NCBI GenBank assembly: GCA_043228905.1
Contig: JBHGNT010000022.1
Location: forward strand, 10,912,001-10,976,000
Source: Azolla caroliniana
Taxonomy: Eukaryota; Plantae; Polypodiophyta
Reading direction: 5' to 3'
Length of the DNA: 64,000 bases
Below, piece by piece: positions 1-14,344 of the stretch. Both the position numbers and the translations under genes were made by a program. The notes beneath the pieces were generated by a model. The model had not been told where the DNA came from. It saw only the letters and a list, made by a program, of their open reading frames with translations, and made no database searches. Numbering within the stretch: position 1 is the stretch's first letter; each line of letters opens with the position of its first letter.

Positions 1-1952
1 CTTTAGTGAAGATGTCGGCCGTTTGAAGATTGGTGCTAATGTGTTGTAGGTCGACATCGCCAGCCAGAATGCGCTCTCGGATGAAGTGATAGTGCACTTC
101 GATGTGCTTTGTCTGCGCATGGAACACCGGGTTTCGAGCCAGATAGATACTGCTCATGTTGTCGCAGTAAAGGGAAGTCGGATCCTTGATGGGTACGCCT
201 AGATCCTTCAAAATACTCTTGAGCCATACGGCTTCACATGCAGCTATGGCTGCGCCCCTATATTCCGCCTCCATACTCGAAAGAGCGACGGTAGGCTGCT
301 TCTTGCTACTCCAGGATATTGCTCCACTACCGAGGGAGAAAAAAAATCCGGAGGTTGATCTTCTATCAGCTTTGTAGCCGGCCCAATTGGCGTCTGTGTA
401 CCTCTCGAGTCGTATTAGCATCGCGGTCTTGTAGAGGATGCCACAATCCTTTGTGCTGCTGACGTAGCGTAGAACTCGCTTAACGCAATCCAAGTGAGTA
501 TCATGCGATGTTTGCATGAATTGGCTAAGGAGACCGACCGGATAACTAAGATCGGGTCGTGTGATCGTGAGGTAGATGAGACTCCCGATGAGTTGCCGAT
601 ACTGAATCGGCTCACACGCTTTGGTGCCGGAGTTCGCATCTAGTTTGAGATTACGATCGAGCGGGGTTGCCACAGATTTGCACTCAGCCATCCCAAACTT
701 GTATAACAAGTTGAGGATGTAGTGCCGTTGAGAGATCATGATTCCGGCCGGAGTCCGAATTACCTCGATGCCGAGGAAGTAGTGGAGCTCCTTCATGTCT
801 ATCATCTCGAACTTGTCGGAAAGGAGGGATTTGATTTTATTGATTTCGACGAGATGCTCACCTCCAATGACTAGGTCATCCACATATAAAATGATGACGA
901 TCGGACTTGCGGAATCGCTTCGTATGTAGAGGGAGTTGTCTGATTTTGACATATGGAAGCCGATTTGATGAAGATATTGCGTTATCTTCGAATGCCAAGC
1001 ACGCGATGCTTGCTTGAGGCCGTAGAGTGGCTTCTTGAGTCGGCAAACAACTTTCGGATGGGTGCTCGAGTTGAAGCCGGGTGGTTGGATCATGTACACC
1101 TCCTCTTCTAATTCGCCTTGTAGAAAGGCGTTCTTGACATCCATTTGATGGAGGTGCCACCCTTTTGCCGCGGCAATCGCAATTACGGTCCGCACCGTCG
1201 TCATCTTTGCCACCGGGGCAAAGGTCTCTTCGTAGTCGACGCCATGCGTCTGAGCGTATCCTTTCGCTACGAGTCGAGCTTTGTAGCAGTTTACGGAGCC
1301 ATCGGCGTTATACTTCACCTTCTAGATCCAATCGCCTTTTTGTGTGGTGAGGTGGGAACGAGATCCCACGTCTCGTTCTTCCGTAGTGCCTGCATCTCCT
1401 CGTTCATTGCTTCGATCCATCGCGGGTCCCTCGCGACTTCCGAAAAGGTTTCCGGCTCCCGTACTGTCGCTACCGTCATCATAAAGGCGTAATGGTACGC
1501 CATATAATCGCTGTAGCTGAATCAGCTTACGGGGTTCTTTTCACGCGGCTTGCGGCTTGCTCCCATATTGCGTATCCGGGAGCCGCTTCGGCGGGTCGGT
1601 CTTCATGTGCTCCTTTGATGTAGCTCCAATAGCCTTGTCCGACAAGGTATTGGTGCATCTTGTACTCCCAAGATGCGAAGTTGTTTCGATCCAACTATCG
1701 GTAGGGAGAGTGCTCCCCATTTGAGTATTCATTATGTCGATTCTTCTTCTTCTTCTTCTTCTCTCTTCGAATGCGAGCTATGTAGCGAAGCTACGATAGC
1801 TATGAGCCGGTTCTTGGTCATCGGCGTAGAGCACAACACACGATCACGATGAGGCGAATGGGCTAGATCGAGCTACCAAATCGCTCTGATACCATGTAAA
1901 GAATCAAGAGATGGATTCTTGTGAATCGGAAGAGATGTGAGTTATGTGTGTG

Positions 1953-2014
<62 letters not shown>

Positions 2015-2309
2015 ACACAGAGAATACGCAAGGTAAAAGTATATAGACAAAGGAGAAAGACACAACAATATACAAGGTGGGAGGAGGGTGCTTTATGTAG
2101 TCACCCTCTCTCTTCATTAACTACAAGCCTCATGGAGCATGGGGAATGTGAAAGCTCATAAGTTATGTGTCGTAGAATATGATTCTATGACTTATACTAA
2201 ATGCTAGAATACAAAGTGGTGACATAATGGTGACTCTTGATAGTTGGAGTGTCTCTTCACTCTCAAGGTGACTTTACACACTAGACCAAGTTGAGCTTGA
2301 TTCTCAACA
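1..2309 (-). mobile_element. Ty1/copia LTR retrotransposon (family A, copy 1), internally deleted; 3' end outside window
   Basis: Minus strand: LTR 2309-1895, then PBS TGGTATCAGAGCG (tRNA-iMet), then gag start (MGSTLPTD..., frameshifted). At ~1540 gag joins directly to pre-RT/RT (EPETFSEVARDPRWIEAMNEEMQALRKNETWDLVP, YVDD) and RNase H. Stops and frameshifts are present. Confidence 0.92.
1895..2309 (-). repeat. 5' LTR of copia copy 1 (415 bp)
   Basis: Termini TGTTGAGAATCAAG...CTTGATTCTTTACA, internal (GA)n tract, abuts PBS at 1882-1894. Confidence 0.9.
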
Positions 2310-3303
2310 ACCTCGGTGTCGATCTTCTGGACTTCTAGCTTCTTTTCGGTTATCAACTCCCGAATAAAATGATATTGCACCTCAATATGCTTAGTCTTCG
2401 CGTGATAGACAGAGTTGTTGATGAGGTATATTGCGCTCTGTGAGTCGCAATAGATGGTCGGCACTTGTCGATCGATTTGGCTTGTAGTCGAACAATTGAC
2501 AGTTAGTTGGTGCAACCAGATCGCTTCCTTCGCTGCCTCCAACACTGCTATGTGACTCCGCCTCTGTGGTAGACATGCTTGTGCACTCTCGGAGCTTTGA
2601 CCTCAATGATATAACGCTGCCACTATAGGTGAAGACTTAGCTTGATGTCTACTTCCGATTATCCGAATTCGCGACGTAATCGAAGTCGGTGTAGTCTTTG
2701 ACTTCGGTCAGGTTTGCGAATCCGAAAGTCAGTTGTAAATCTTTGGTTCCCTTTAGGTACCTAAAGATGTGTTTAACGACCTCCCAATGCTTCTGTCCTG
2801 GATTTGACATGTATCAGCTGACGACCCCCACAACATATGCAAGATTGGGTCTGGTCGTACATGATACTTCCTATCGCCGATGCGCAGGGTATATTTCCAT
2901 TGAGCTCTCTCTCCTTATCAGTCGAAGGAGAGTCTTTGTCCGATAGTCGAATCAATGTCGGAAGCGGAGTTGGTGCTGGCTTCACGTTCTCCATATTGAA
3001 GCGCCTCAACACCTTTCGGATATAGTCGGATTGGAAGAGTCGGAGAGTCTTCGTCTTCCGATTTCGCTCGATCCTCATGCCCAGTATGTGTCGGGCTTGT
3101 CTGAGTTCCTTCATCGCGAACTTGTCATGAAGGCTCCGCTTTGGCTTTCCGATTTTGGCTTGATTGCTCTCTACAATCAACATGTCGTCAACATATAAGA
3201 TTAGGTAAATCCGACACTCATCGGACAATTACCGAGTGTATAAACATGGGACGGAGTTGGACCGGCTGTAGCCAAGTTGTCGGATGTAGGAGTCGGACCG
3301 GCT
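2310..3303 (-). mobile_element. Ty1/copia RT/RNase H fragment of a different family
   Basis: YLILYVDDMLIV, FAMKELRQARHILGMRIER, STTEAE, YCDSQSAI, HAKTKHIEVQYHFIRE; cut at KIDTEV by the copy-1 LTR. Confidence 0.88.
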
Positions 3304-6300
3304 TAGTCCGAGCATGGAAGACTAGGTTCCGAGCGAGGTGGATATTGCTCATGTTGTCGTAGTAGAGAAGAATTGGATCCTTGATGGGAACACCCAGATC
3401 CTTCAGGATTCTCTTGAGCCAAATGGCTTCACATGCGGCTCTGGCCACACTCCTGTATTTGGTTTCGGTGCTCGACAATGCGATTGTCATCTGTTTCTTA
3501 CTACTCCACGATATGGCGTCACTGCCGAGAGAAAAAACAAATCCAAATGTCGATCGTTGGTCGGCTTTGTAGTCGGCTTAGTCGGCATCGGTATAACCTT
3601 TGAGTCGTATTGCTATGGCCGATTTGTAAAGGATGCCGAAAGCCATGGTTCCACTCACAAACCTCAGCACTCACTTAACACAGTCCAAATGGATGTCTCA
3701 CAGAGTTTGCATGAACTGGCTAAGGGGGTTGACCGGGTAACTCAGGTCGGGTCGGGTAATTGTGAGGTAGATGAGGCTTCCAACTAGTTGCCGATAGTGC
3801 GTCGACATCTAGCTTTAGATTTCGATCGAGAGGAGTAGTGGCAGGCTTACACTGTGTGATCCCAAATTTGTAAAGAAGATTGAAGATATAATGCTTTTGA
3901 AAAAGCATGATGCCGTTTGGAGTCCGAATTACTTCTATTCCTAGAAAGTAATGGAGCTCCTTCATATCGGTCATTTTGAATCAGTTGGAGAGGATCTTCT
4001 TGATGTGCTCAATATCCGTTAAATGCTCTCCTCCTATGACCAAGTCATCCACATAAATGATGATAAATACCTATCCTCTGGAGTTGCTCCGGATGAACAA
4101 AGAGTTGTCGGACTTGGACATGTTGAAGCCGATTTGATGAAGATATTGCGTTATCTTCGAAGGCCATGCTCTTGGTGCTTGCTTCAGGCCGTAGAGAGGC
4201 TTTTTGAGTCAATAGACAGTAGACGGATGTGCAGTCAACACAAATCCGGGTGGTTCCACCATGTGCACCTCTTCGTCTAACTCACCTTGTAGAAAGGCGT
4301 TCTTTACGTCCATTTGGTGGAGGTGCCACCCTTTTGTTGCTTCAAGCGCGATCACAGTTCGAATTGTAGTCATCTTTGCCACTGGGGCAAAGGTCTCTTC
4401 GTAGTCGACACCGTACGTCCGAGTGTACCCCTTTGCCAGAAGCTGGGCTTTGTACCGATGGACAGTGCCGTCGGTGTTGTGCTTTATCTTGAAGATCCAC
4501 CAGCATCCAATTGTCTTTTGGTGGTTTGAAGAAGGGACGAGATCCCATGTCTCGTTCTTGGAGAGTGCTTGCATCTCCTCATTCATCTCTTTGACCCATC
4601 TAGGGTCCTTACCGGCCTCAGAATAGTTTTCGGGTTCTTGGATTGTCGACACCTTCATCATGAATGCATAATGATAATATGCCATGTAGTTGTTGTAGCC
4701 AAATCGGCTGACTATGTTGAGCTTTGGTCACCTTGAGGCTCTTGTGGTCCACTCAACCTTGTCGAGATTGGACTTTCCTCTTATGTGAACCTCAGTTGAT
4801 CATCCTCCTCCGCATCTCTGTCGAGCTTGGTTTTGATTGTGTCGGATGGAGCTGATTCGACTGTATACCAAGATGCTGACTCGTCGAATACTACATCCCT
4901 ACTCACTCGTACCTTCTTGGTGGAGGGGTTGACACACTTATACCCTTTTTGCTCGAGTGAGTACCCTACGAGTATACATTTCTTTGACTTGAGATCTAGC
5001 TTCTACCGCAGATCATCGGGAATATGTACATATGCAATTGAACCGAATATCCTGGCATGAGATAGATTCGGTTTCTTCCCATAGAACTTTTCGTACTCTT
5101 GATGTTGTGCAGCGATTCATTAGATAAACGGCCGTATTTTCCGCTTCAGCCCAATATGACCTTGGCAGATGTTCTCATTCATCATTGCCCTTGCCACCTC
5201 GAGTATGTGCCGATTCTTGCGTTTGGCTACTCCGTTCTGCTGAGGTGTGTGTTGGCAGGTAAAATCTCGCTGAATTCCTTCTTGTCGAAGGTATGTTGTA
5301 AAGGCATCGGAGAAGTACTCCTTGCCGCCGTTCAATGGAAGGCATCGAACACGCCGACCGGTTGCCTTTTCAACTTCGTTTTTGAACCTTTGGAAGTGTC
5401 TGAACACTTCGCTCTTCTGCCGCATGGGGTAGATCCAGGTATGTTTGGAGAAGTCGTCGATGAATATTACGTAGTACCGGCAACCACTGAATGTTGTCGT
5501 CTAGGCTAGTTCCCATACATCTGAATGTATTACATCCATGACCCATTTGTTTGTGTTCCTCTCCTTTGGGAAGGGTTGTCGGTGTTGTTTGCCGAGTTGA
5601 CAAGCTTGGCACACGCCTGCAATTTCCTTTTCGGTGAAAGCCGGGAGTCCGGTGACAACTCCTTTCGATTGCATTCCCTTGAGCTTTTGGAGATTGATGT
5701 GGCCTATCCTCTTGTGCCACAACTCTATGTCAGCATCGGCTCTCTGGCCCTTGGCATACATTGCCGAGTTCATCTTGTGAGAGTAGAGGATGAACATCCG
5801 ACCTTCTCTTCAGTCACGAGCGATAAGTCAGCCTTCTTTTTCAATGAAACAACCTACATCTTTGAAGCGGACTTGCATGCCTTGTTCGACTATCTGGCCA
5901 ACTAAGACCAAGTTCTTTGTTATTGTAGGAACATGCAGAACGTTCTTGATGTATGTTTGGTTGCCTTCTTGCCCAAATGGGACATGCCGATATGCGGAAT
6001 GGGGTGAATTGTGGCATCCCTAGTTTCCACATAGCTAGGTCGTTTGGGCTTTCGTAGCTCCTTGAAACAATCCTCATGGGATGTCATGTGGTTCGATCCG
6101 CCTGAATTGATAAACCATACATCTTCTGGTTTGGAGGTGTTGGTCGGGTTTGAGGCTCTCATTGAGTGCACTCTGTGTCTCATCACAAACATTCTGCCAC
6201 GATTGTCGTAGTCGGTGTTGGAGGCGTAGTTTTTGAGTTGTCGGCTTGTGGAGGCCGGTTCACTCTTCTTCTTCTGACACTCTGCCTCATAGTGGCCGAA

Positions 6301-6896
6301 TTTACCACAACATCCACACTGAGCGAGATTATTTTGTCTGATTGCTCCCCTTTCTTCCAGACACTCCGCCTCGCACGTTCGAGACGTCTTGTCGGTAATA
6401 GACATTTTGTTCTTAGTGTTTCTCTTGGTTGTGTCGGCCTTGGTGAAATCTGCCTTTTCTTCCCCGACCTTGTCCTCTTCCTCCATTGATGTTCGAATAG
6501 AGCATTTGGCCTTCTTGCGCATTGATTCTTGTTCGAACATGATTCTCCTCAACCAACAACATCAACTGGAGATCGAAGGAGGGAGGATTCTCTCTCGCGA
6601 GGACAACCAATTGAATGGCCCCGAACCGAGGTGCTAAGCCTTGAAGGCAAATTTGCACCATTTCATTGTTGTCAATGCTAACATTGACTGACCCGAGGGC
6701 GTCACACAACTCCTTGATCTTCAAGGTATAGTTGTCGATTGACATGTCCCTCTATTGTATGCCGTTCAACTCTTGACGGAGTTGAAGATATCTTGCGGTC
6801 GTGTTGGCCGCAAAAATCTTCTTGAGGTTCCCCCACACCTCCTTCGGCGTTTTGGCCTCTTGGATGTAGCCGAGCATGTGATCATGAACGCATGAT

Positions 6897-7401
6897 TAAC
6901 AATCGGCAACGGTTCGGTTCGGTTTGAGAGGGTCCAAACCGAACTAGTTTGGAACCGAACCATTTAAAAATGTTGAAACCTGAACCGAACCGAACCGAAC
7001 CGCGAAACCTTTAAACCGAACCGTTAAAATTTTTCAAACCGTTAAACCTTTAAACCGTAAAACCGCAGTTTCGTGGTTCGGTTTCGGTTTTCAACATAGG
7101 TCAAATTTATTTTATTTTATTTTAAAATTTATAATATTTCATTATTTAGAATTTTTAGAATTTTTAAGATGTTCCTAAAATGTGAGAATAAGAGTAAAAA
7201 TGAAAAGATTGTTTAAAAACAATTTTTTAAATTTTTTAGAAATTTTTTTCAAAAAATTAAAAATTAAAAACCGTTAAACCCTTTAAACCGCGGTTTTTGA
7301 CTGCTGAAACCAAACCGAAACTGAACCGTTGAAACCGTTAAGCGGTTAAGCTGCGGTTTCACGGTTCGGTTCAGTTCAAACCGAACCGTTGCCGATTGTT
7401 A
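6897..7401. mobile_element. hAT-type MITE inserted in copia gag
   Basis: 23-bp perfect TIR TAACAATCGGCAACGGTTCGGTT; perfect 8-bp TSD CGCATGAT (6889-6896, 7402-7409); many subterminal AACCG/CGGTT motifs. Removing it restores gag ...FLASCV-HDHMLGY. Confidence 0.95.
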
Positions 7402-7776
7402 CGCATGATGCAAGGAAATACAACACAAGACTCATCACTTGCTCCCAAGCTAGGTAGTCAGAATGTGTCGGGTTGGGTTGAGTCTCATTTGCCCCTTCAA
7501 CATAACTCCAATAGCTTTGGCCGACAAGGTATTGGTGCATCTTGTACTCCCAAGATGCAAAGTTGTTTTTGTCGAGCTTTTCAGTAGGAAGAGTGCTTCC
7601 CATCTATGTGTTCATGTTGAGCTTCTTCTTCTTCTTCTTCTTCTTCTTCTTCTTCTTGATGCGAATTGTGCGGACGGTTGCTACAGTGATCAGTCGGTTC
7701 TTGTCGAACGCGAAATCAGGCACACCACACGCAGAGGCGATGGGCTTTGATCAAGAAACCACGCGCTCTGATACCA

Positions 7777-8240
7777 TGTAAAGAATCAGATGGATTCTGT
7801 GCAGTGGAAGAACTGTGTGTGTGTGGAGAGAGAGAGAAAGAAAGAAAGAAAGAAAGATATATTAACGTCTTCTAAGGCCAAATTTGGCCCATGAGACAAT
7901 TGGTTTACAACAAAAGAGTATTTATCCAGTAAAAAATAGAGAGAGAGAGAGAGCTCACGATTACAAAAAATTAGAAAATTGTATAACAAGGAAGCAAGAA
8001 TGACCAACAAAAATTACAAAGAGAGGGAGAACATGCTTATGTAGTCACCTTCTCTCTAAGTTCTCTCACTAGTACGACCTCTTGGGAAAGAGGTCGTGTC
8101 TTAACTACTTAAAGAATATGTGTCATAGGATATTAACTTCTATGACACACTGGTTACTATACAAGGAGGTGGGGTGTTCACACATTTGAGTATCCTAAAG
8201 TGTGTTCCCACTCACGGGAAGTTGAGTTTGATTCTCAACA
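7777..8240 (-). repeat. 5' LTR of copia copy 2 (464 bp)
   Basis: Termini TGTTGAGAATCAA...GATTCTTTACA, as in LTR 1895-2309; adjacent PBS TGGTATCAGAGCG. Confidence 0.9.
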
Positions 8241-10158
8241 CCTTTTGTAGGTCGGTTGTTTGCCTGACCATAGTGCTTGTGGCACTTCGAGTATATGTAC
8301 ATGCAGATGTGAACAAAGAAATGTAAATGCATGAATGTCTGTTTATATGTGCGTATGTGATTGTCTAAGAGTAGGCATAAGTGTAAGTGTAGAGGTATTT
8401 TCGTATGTATTTATATATGTAGGTAAGTATTCATGTTTTTTAAATGTGTTTGGACTCATGTGTGTTTGTGTGTGTAAGCAAGTGTATGTTTATAGGTTTC
8501 GATGTATGTTTTTAATATGATGAGATTGTTTTTAAGGTAGGTGTAATGTTTATATGTGTAGTGTATTGTTAAGGAGGGTACTTGGGGAATTAGGCAGTTT
8601 TACTTGTTCATGGGCGGGAGACCTTAGATAGGATGAAGAGTGAAAAAAGGGAAAGGAAAGGGACAAGGGGGAGGATGAATAAGGGAAAGTAAGAGAGAGA
8701 ATAAAAGGAGGAAAGGGGGAAAACCATAACTTAAGAGGGGAAACAAGTAGAGAGAGAGAGAGAGAATAATCGACATATCATCATATTCGGCATTTGAATT
8801 CGTGTGTAGGGTGGGATTGAGTTTTTCATCATCGTAGTATTTGGATGCCTAAAAGAGTTCTATATTTCGTTGTAAGTTAGTCATGAATAGACGACAACAT
8901 TGCAATAGAAGATAACACAACGATAGTTTGCAACAAAGTTTACGATAGGTGGCAAGAGCAGACGATAGTAGGGTAGCGAGCAACGGTAGCAGGTACAATA
9001 ACAAAGTTGAAGCTTTGATCGAAGGAAGTCTACAATCAAAGGTGGCCTTAGACTCGAAGGTGGCCTTCGATCATGGCTACTTTCAGTTCATGGCTCACTT
9101 TTTAAATGATTTACACATCTATCTATCTAGCCAAAAATTTGTAACAATCCTTGTTCGCTAACGAATAATATCAGATAATAGATTTTTTGAAACTAATTTT
9201 TTATACAAATATCAAAAGAATGGAATAAATCCAAGGCTTAATTTGAATAAGATATCACAAGGTTTTCTCGACTCTATTACATGGAGTCGCTTGAGATAAA
9301 TATTTCGAATATACAAGTAGAGCTTCAAAGAGGTATCGTCAAGTTTTGTTCAGAGGACCATTGAGACGGCTTCATTTGTTCTTGTCGTTGGTGGTCTTGA
9401 ACACCTCCTTGATTCGCTACCTTGAGCTCGTTCAAAATTTCGACAATGCTTCCACCTTATCCCAAAAATTGATCCCCCTTTTCTCCTCTCCCTTTTATAG
9501 GCCTCAAGAGCACTTCATAAAAATTCTATTGTGATTCTTGTTTGATCATGAATCATATGAACACAACTATAAGTCTTTCTTCAAATATAAGAAGATGGAA
9601 ATATATTTCACAAATTACAATAAACCTTGGGAGCAATGGTTTGCACTCAACATTGGTTTTGTTAAAAAGTGCCACATCATCAATATAAATCTCCATTATC
9701 TTATGGTTAATAGCTGAAGTAGATATTTGTCAGATAACCTATCATTAGAAAGACCTTTAGTGAGATGTCCCCTTACACCAAGGATGAATCAATTTGTGAT
9801 TATGGTTTAAAAATAATGCAACTTCGTTGAAGAAGAACTCTAAAGATTACCCAACATGAACTTCTTTCGTGTTTGTTGAGAAAGAATCACATTTAAATAT
9901 TCCAAATGCTTAAAAGGCCCAAGATTGAATCTAACACTTTTCCTAAAAGTATTATCAACTATGACCATTTTGTATAATATCTCTACAAAAAAACAAATAT
10001 TTCATCTTGGACCAATGATTTCTAAACGAAAATGACAATTTCTTACATGTGCACAACATCAAACAATCAAGAAAGTTGATTGTTTAGATACCTAAAAATA
10101 AGGGATGACCCTTGTGCTACAATGGAAATAAAAGGATATAGACAAACTCATTCTACAT

Positions 10159-10337
10159 TTTATTTTTTATTTTTCCAAAATGAAGCTACTTTCCCATTAG
10201 TTAGGAAGGATTATTATATAGAGAGTCTACAAGGAGACTTATACACACATCGGGGAGTCTTCCTCCGATCAAGTAAAAGAAGATGAGCCTACTTACAATG
10301 CCTTGCGGCCTAACTTAATGTAAGAAGCTGCCTATAT
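10159..10337 (-). mobile_element. Short 5'-truncated LINE 3' end
   Basis: T-rich tail on +; 14-bp TSD AACTCATTCTACAT (10145-10158, 10338-10351); absent from the paired inverted arm (~15360). Confidence 0.75.
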
Positions 10338-12329
10338 AACTCATTCTACATATTAATAAAGGATACTACATGGGCAAGGGCCATGAAGGAAGTTAAATGT
10401 GGATAGGTTCATTTATGTAATCCAACGAGCGAAGAGGCATAATTGGTTCAAGAGCGGTTCCAATGAGCAAAAATTTGTCTAGTTCATGTGGCGCCATAAG
10501 ATATCATGCCAAAAATGATATGCACAAATATCAAACTTGGTCTCTACTAGATATTGGGCGTAAGTGCCCATAACCATGGTGGGTAGTAGTCAATGGAAAG
10601 TGATTTATTGTAATCATTAGGGGATATTGTTGGAGTGTCAAAGTTGGTAGCTATTGGAGTGTCTGTTGTACATAACGAGATCCATGAAGTATTGACATCA
10701 GTGTTGGTACTAAAGTAAGTGCTATACTAGCAAAAAAGAGGATGAAACAACATTGTCTCTAGAGCATTAAACCAAATTATCCCCCCAATGTGGAAGACAA
10801 AAACCTTAAATTAGTAAGTGAGCTATAAATGTCACCTCTATGAATTTTAAGCCCTTCTTCTTTATCTTTGAGTTTTCTCTACCCTTGTAGCCTAACCTAG
10901 ATCTCTCTTCTTGTTCCTTTATCATATACTATAATGAGCTAGGTGGTCAAGCAAGTGAAGTGCTACTTAGTCAATCATTAATCACTCCTTATATTTTGTC
11001 GTGTGTTGATTTCCATATTAATCAAGGTGTGGTTAGTGCTACCATATGCAATTCTTGTCTTTATGTATTTGTATGTTTAACATTTATGCCTTGATAAGGT
11101 ATAAATTAGCTCCTTAATTAGAGTTGTCATAAGGTTTGCAAATGAGAGTTCGTGATGTTAGGGTTTGCAAATTGTGCTCACCTTGTTCTAAAATCGCACC
11201 ATGATTTGAGGCTGAATAAACATGAGGTAGATGTAACTCATGCATTCAGATAGACAGACACACACATTTCAATGGTCATAAAATATTTATGGGTTGAGAT
11301 TTGATTAGCTCATAGATCATATATGACTGATATGACCAACATGAAACATTGACATACGTAATGTATATGAAATTGTTAAGTGTCTCTTGTTGTTCAAATT
11401 TCTAATGAGCATTGCAATTGAGGTTGTACATTGGGAATAAGAGTGTAAGGATATGTTTGGGTTTTAAATGTGGGGAAGCCAAATGTTACCGTGATCGAAA
11501 CTAGAGCATTGGAATAAAGTGTGATAAGAAGATGTGTGACCCTATGTGATAGGAAACATGCATAGGCGATGAGTCTCCCCATCAATGCTCCAATGTAATT
11601 TCTCATGCACAACATAATGTAATGTAGTTGTATTAAAACAATGATGGAGATGGTAGACAAGGGATGGAATTTACAACATATGGGTGTGTGTGGTAACTGG
11701 TTTGTTTGGCCAAAGAAGAAGATAGCATAACACATAAAGATATTAGCATGAACATAGTTTCAACTTGGTTCAACTTGAGCCTTTATTAGCTTAATGATGT
11801 CGTGATGTGGCATGGGTGAAGGGAAAAAATCTCCTAGCATAAGTTTTATAATATTTTAAGGTTCTTGTGGGCAAAACAAGTGTAAGGAGTTAAGAGAATA
11901 ATGCAAATAAGAGGAATTGTCATTTGTAGTATACAAGATACAACAATGGGGTATACTGTAAAAATACAAGGATGTACATTTTGCAAAAGTCAAATATCGA
12001 TGACAACTCCTACGTAAAGAAGTTTTTATTTTAGTACAAGCTCCCTTGGAAGCCATAAAAAGGAGGCAGAGAACTCTTTGTCAAGAACCATCATTTTTGG
12101 GAATCATGTCTAGGCTTTGTCAATAGATGGCTAACATGAGATAGCAAATCAAGATAGCACGTAGGAGACCACAACAACAAAGGTGATGTGGCCATTGATC
12201 TTAAACTCACTACCCCAAAACTCAAGAATCTCCTCTTAACACTATTTTGACTTTAGATCTTTCGTGATCTCAATCCCTCATATCATATTGAATTGGGTGA
12301 TCATTATTGTAAAAACGAATTGTATCGAA

Positions 12330-12935
12330 TAAGTATGTTAAGTTGGTTTTCTAACGTATGTTAATGATAGGTCACCTAATCAATATCTTCTTCAACTATT
12401 AACCATCATCGAATGGAGATTTATATTGATGATGTGGCACTTTCAACCTAACCAATGTTGAGTGCAAACATTTTACAAAGTATATTCAATTGTTTTTCTT
12501 ACGTGCATTAATGCATAATTAATCAATATTATTCCAAATATGGGCAATGCATTACCTTTATCTTGTATATCATGGCTTGTTCTAATTAGTACACATTTTA
12601 TCACATGCAATATAGGAAGTGTATTATTTGTATAGAGTGCCCAACGACATCGATTACTTTGATAAACTATGAATTGCGTAATTTTCTACGAACGCTAGTA
12701 TGGAAACTTTCAGCAATGGAACATCAAATTAAGATCTACATGTCTTGATCATTACATATAATGTTAGAACCAAAAGAAGACTTCATGAGCCGCATATAGG
12801 CACACACACACACACACCGTTAACATGGGAGACCGAAGGTCGTCAAAACAATTTGGAGAAATGGAAGAAGAAGGAAACAACGTCTTTGAATTTCTTTGAT
12901 ATATTTGATGCATCATAATTTATAATCACAATGAT
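12330..12935 (+). repeat. Direct paralog of 15865-16152 + 23144-23200 + 23685-23980 (pre-insertion copy)
   Basis: Collinear matches on both sides of the 7-kb insertion cluster 16153-23143. Confidence 0.8.
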
Positions 12936-14344
12936 GATCCTCAACTCATAGAGGCTAATACCACACCTCATGTTTCACGCATATCCTCAGATGCAATATA
13001 TGTAGCGTGATCTAGCTTTTGACTATCTAAAGTATGCACATCATGACCAAATATATGGATGCTCATATCCATGGGGCGTTCCTTGGACAGGAGTCACACA
13101 AGCATATATGACATTGAAATAAAGTGATGTGCTTACACATTTGATGTTGTAATAACATACACATTGTTGATTGAGATTATACAATCGTAGTAAACATTTA
13201 ACTATTTAGGGAATATGAAGTCCTTATGCCATTCTAGTCCTCATTTGATGTTCTCTCTCGATGTGAGCATACATGCCGAATCAGCCAGGTGTCACAAAAT
13301 CTCAATATCAAGATTTGATCCTATAACCTTCAAACATGCTTAAGAGATATTTGATGGCCATCTTGTATAAGTTGATGATGGTATAGTTGACCACCACGAA
13401 TATTTAAGGTTTTTCGAAATTATTCTTAATATATAAACATGATCAAAGGTTAGTAACACCTCAAGAGATTTAGGAGAAGCATACATAATTATGTTTCTGT
13501 ATTAACCAATGCTCTTATATATGCAAGAGAAATAGTGGCTACTGTAGTTTGCATGTGATGATGTGGCTCCTATTGATAAGCATAAACTATAATTGATATT
13601 AACTAGGACTAACTCATTTATTTGTGTTTGTCGACTCTAGGTGTTCACGCCAAATACATATCTTTGTTCCGATAGAAGTTCTCTCTCTTTGTTAGAATCG
13701 TTCACTAAGGGGTTTAGATTATCACATAACCTATTACTGGTGAACTAGGTGAGGGCAATTGCCAATCGCTCTCATGACTTTAGCTTTGCAAATCCTAACA
13801 TTGTGAACTCTTAGTTGCACTTCTTTATGACAACTTTAATTAAGGAGCTAGTTTATACCTTATGAAGGATTAAATGTTAAACACATACATAAATATGGTA
13901 GCACTAACCACGCCTTGATTAGCAAGGAAGTCCACACACAACACATATGAAAGGAGAGATTAAAGCTTGACCAAATAGCACTTAATCTGCCTAATCACTT
14001 AGCTCACTATAGTATATGATAAAGAAAAATGAACAAAGTTCTAGCTTCAGCTATAAGAGTAGAGAAAACTCAAAGATAAAGAATGAAGAGCTTAAAATTC
14101 ATAAAGGTGACTTTAATAGCTCACTTAGTAAAAAGGTTGTTCCCTTTCACATTGGAGTGGTCATTTGGTTTAATGCTCTAGAGAAAATTCGGTTATATCA
14201 GAACTAAGACAAGATAGCAATAGAAAGAGTGAGAGAAAGAGTGATGGATGATAAAGATATGAGATATCAGTGGATTGAGTGAGTGAGTGAGAGAGTAACT
14301 ATGAAAGGAAATATGTATTACGATAAAGAGATACAAGAGACAAC

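Larger units (their letters stand above)
3304..8240 (-). mobile_element. Ty1/copia LTR retrotransposon (family A, copy 2), decayed and 3'-truncated
   Basis: LTR 8240-7777 and Met-PBS. gag (MGSTLPTEKLDKNNFASWEYKM; knuckle CGCCGKFGHYEAEC), protease (WFINSGGSNHMT), pre-integrase (LWHKRIGH), integrase (PQQNGVAKRKNRH), RT (HQMDVKNAFL), RNase H to HARTK. Confidence 0.93.

Noticed and set aside
1895-8240. LTRs at 1895-2309 and 7777-8240 as the pair of one element
   Set aside because: Interiors are strongly diverged, each has its own PBS and gag, and there is no PPT at 2310.
8241-9630. Possible further LTR remnants
   Set aside because: LTR-like composition, but no termini, TSD or PBS could be established.
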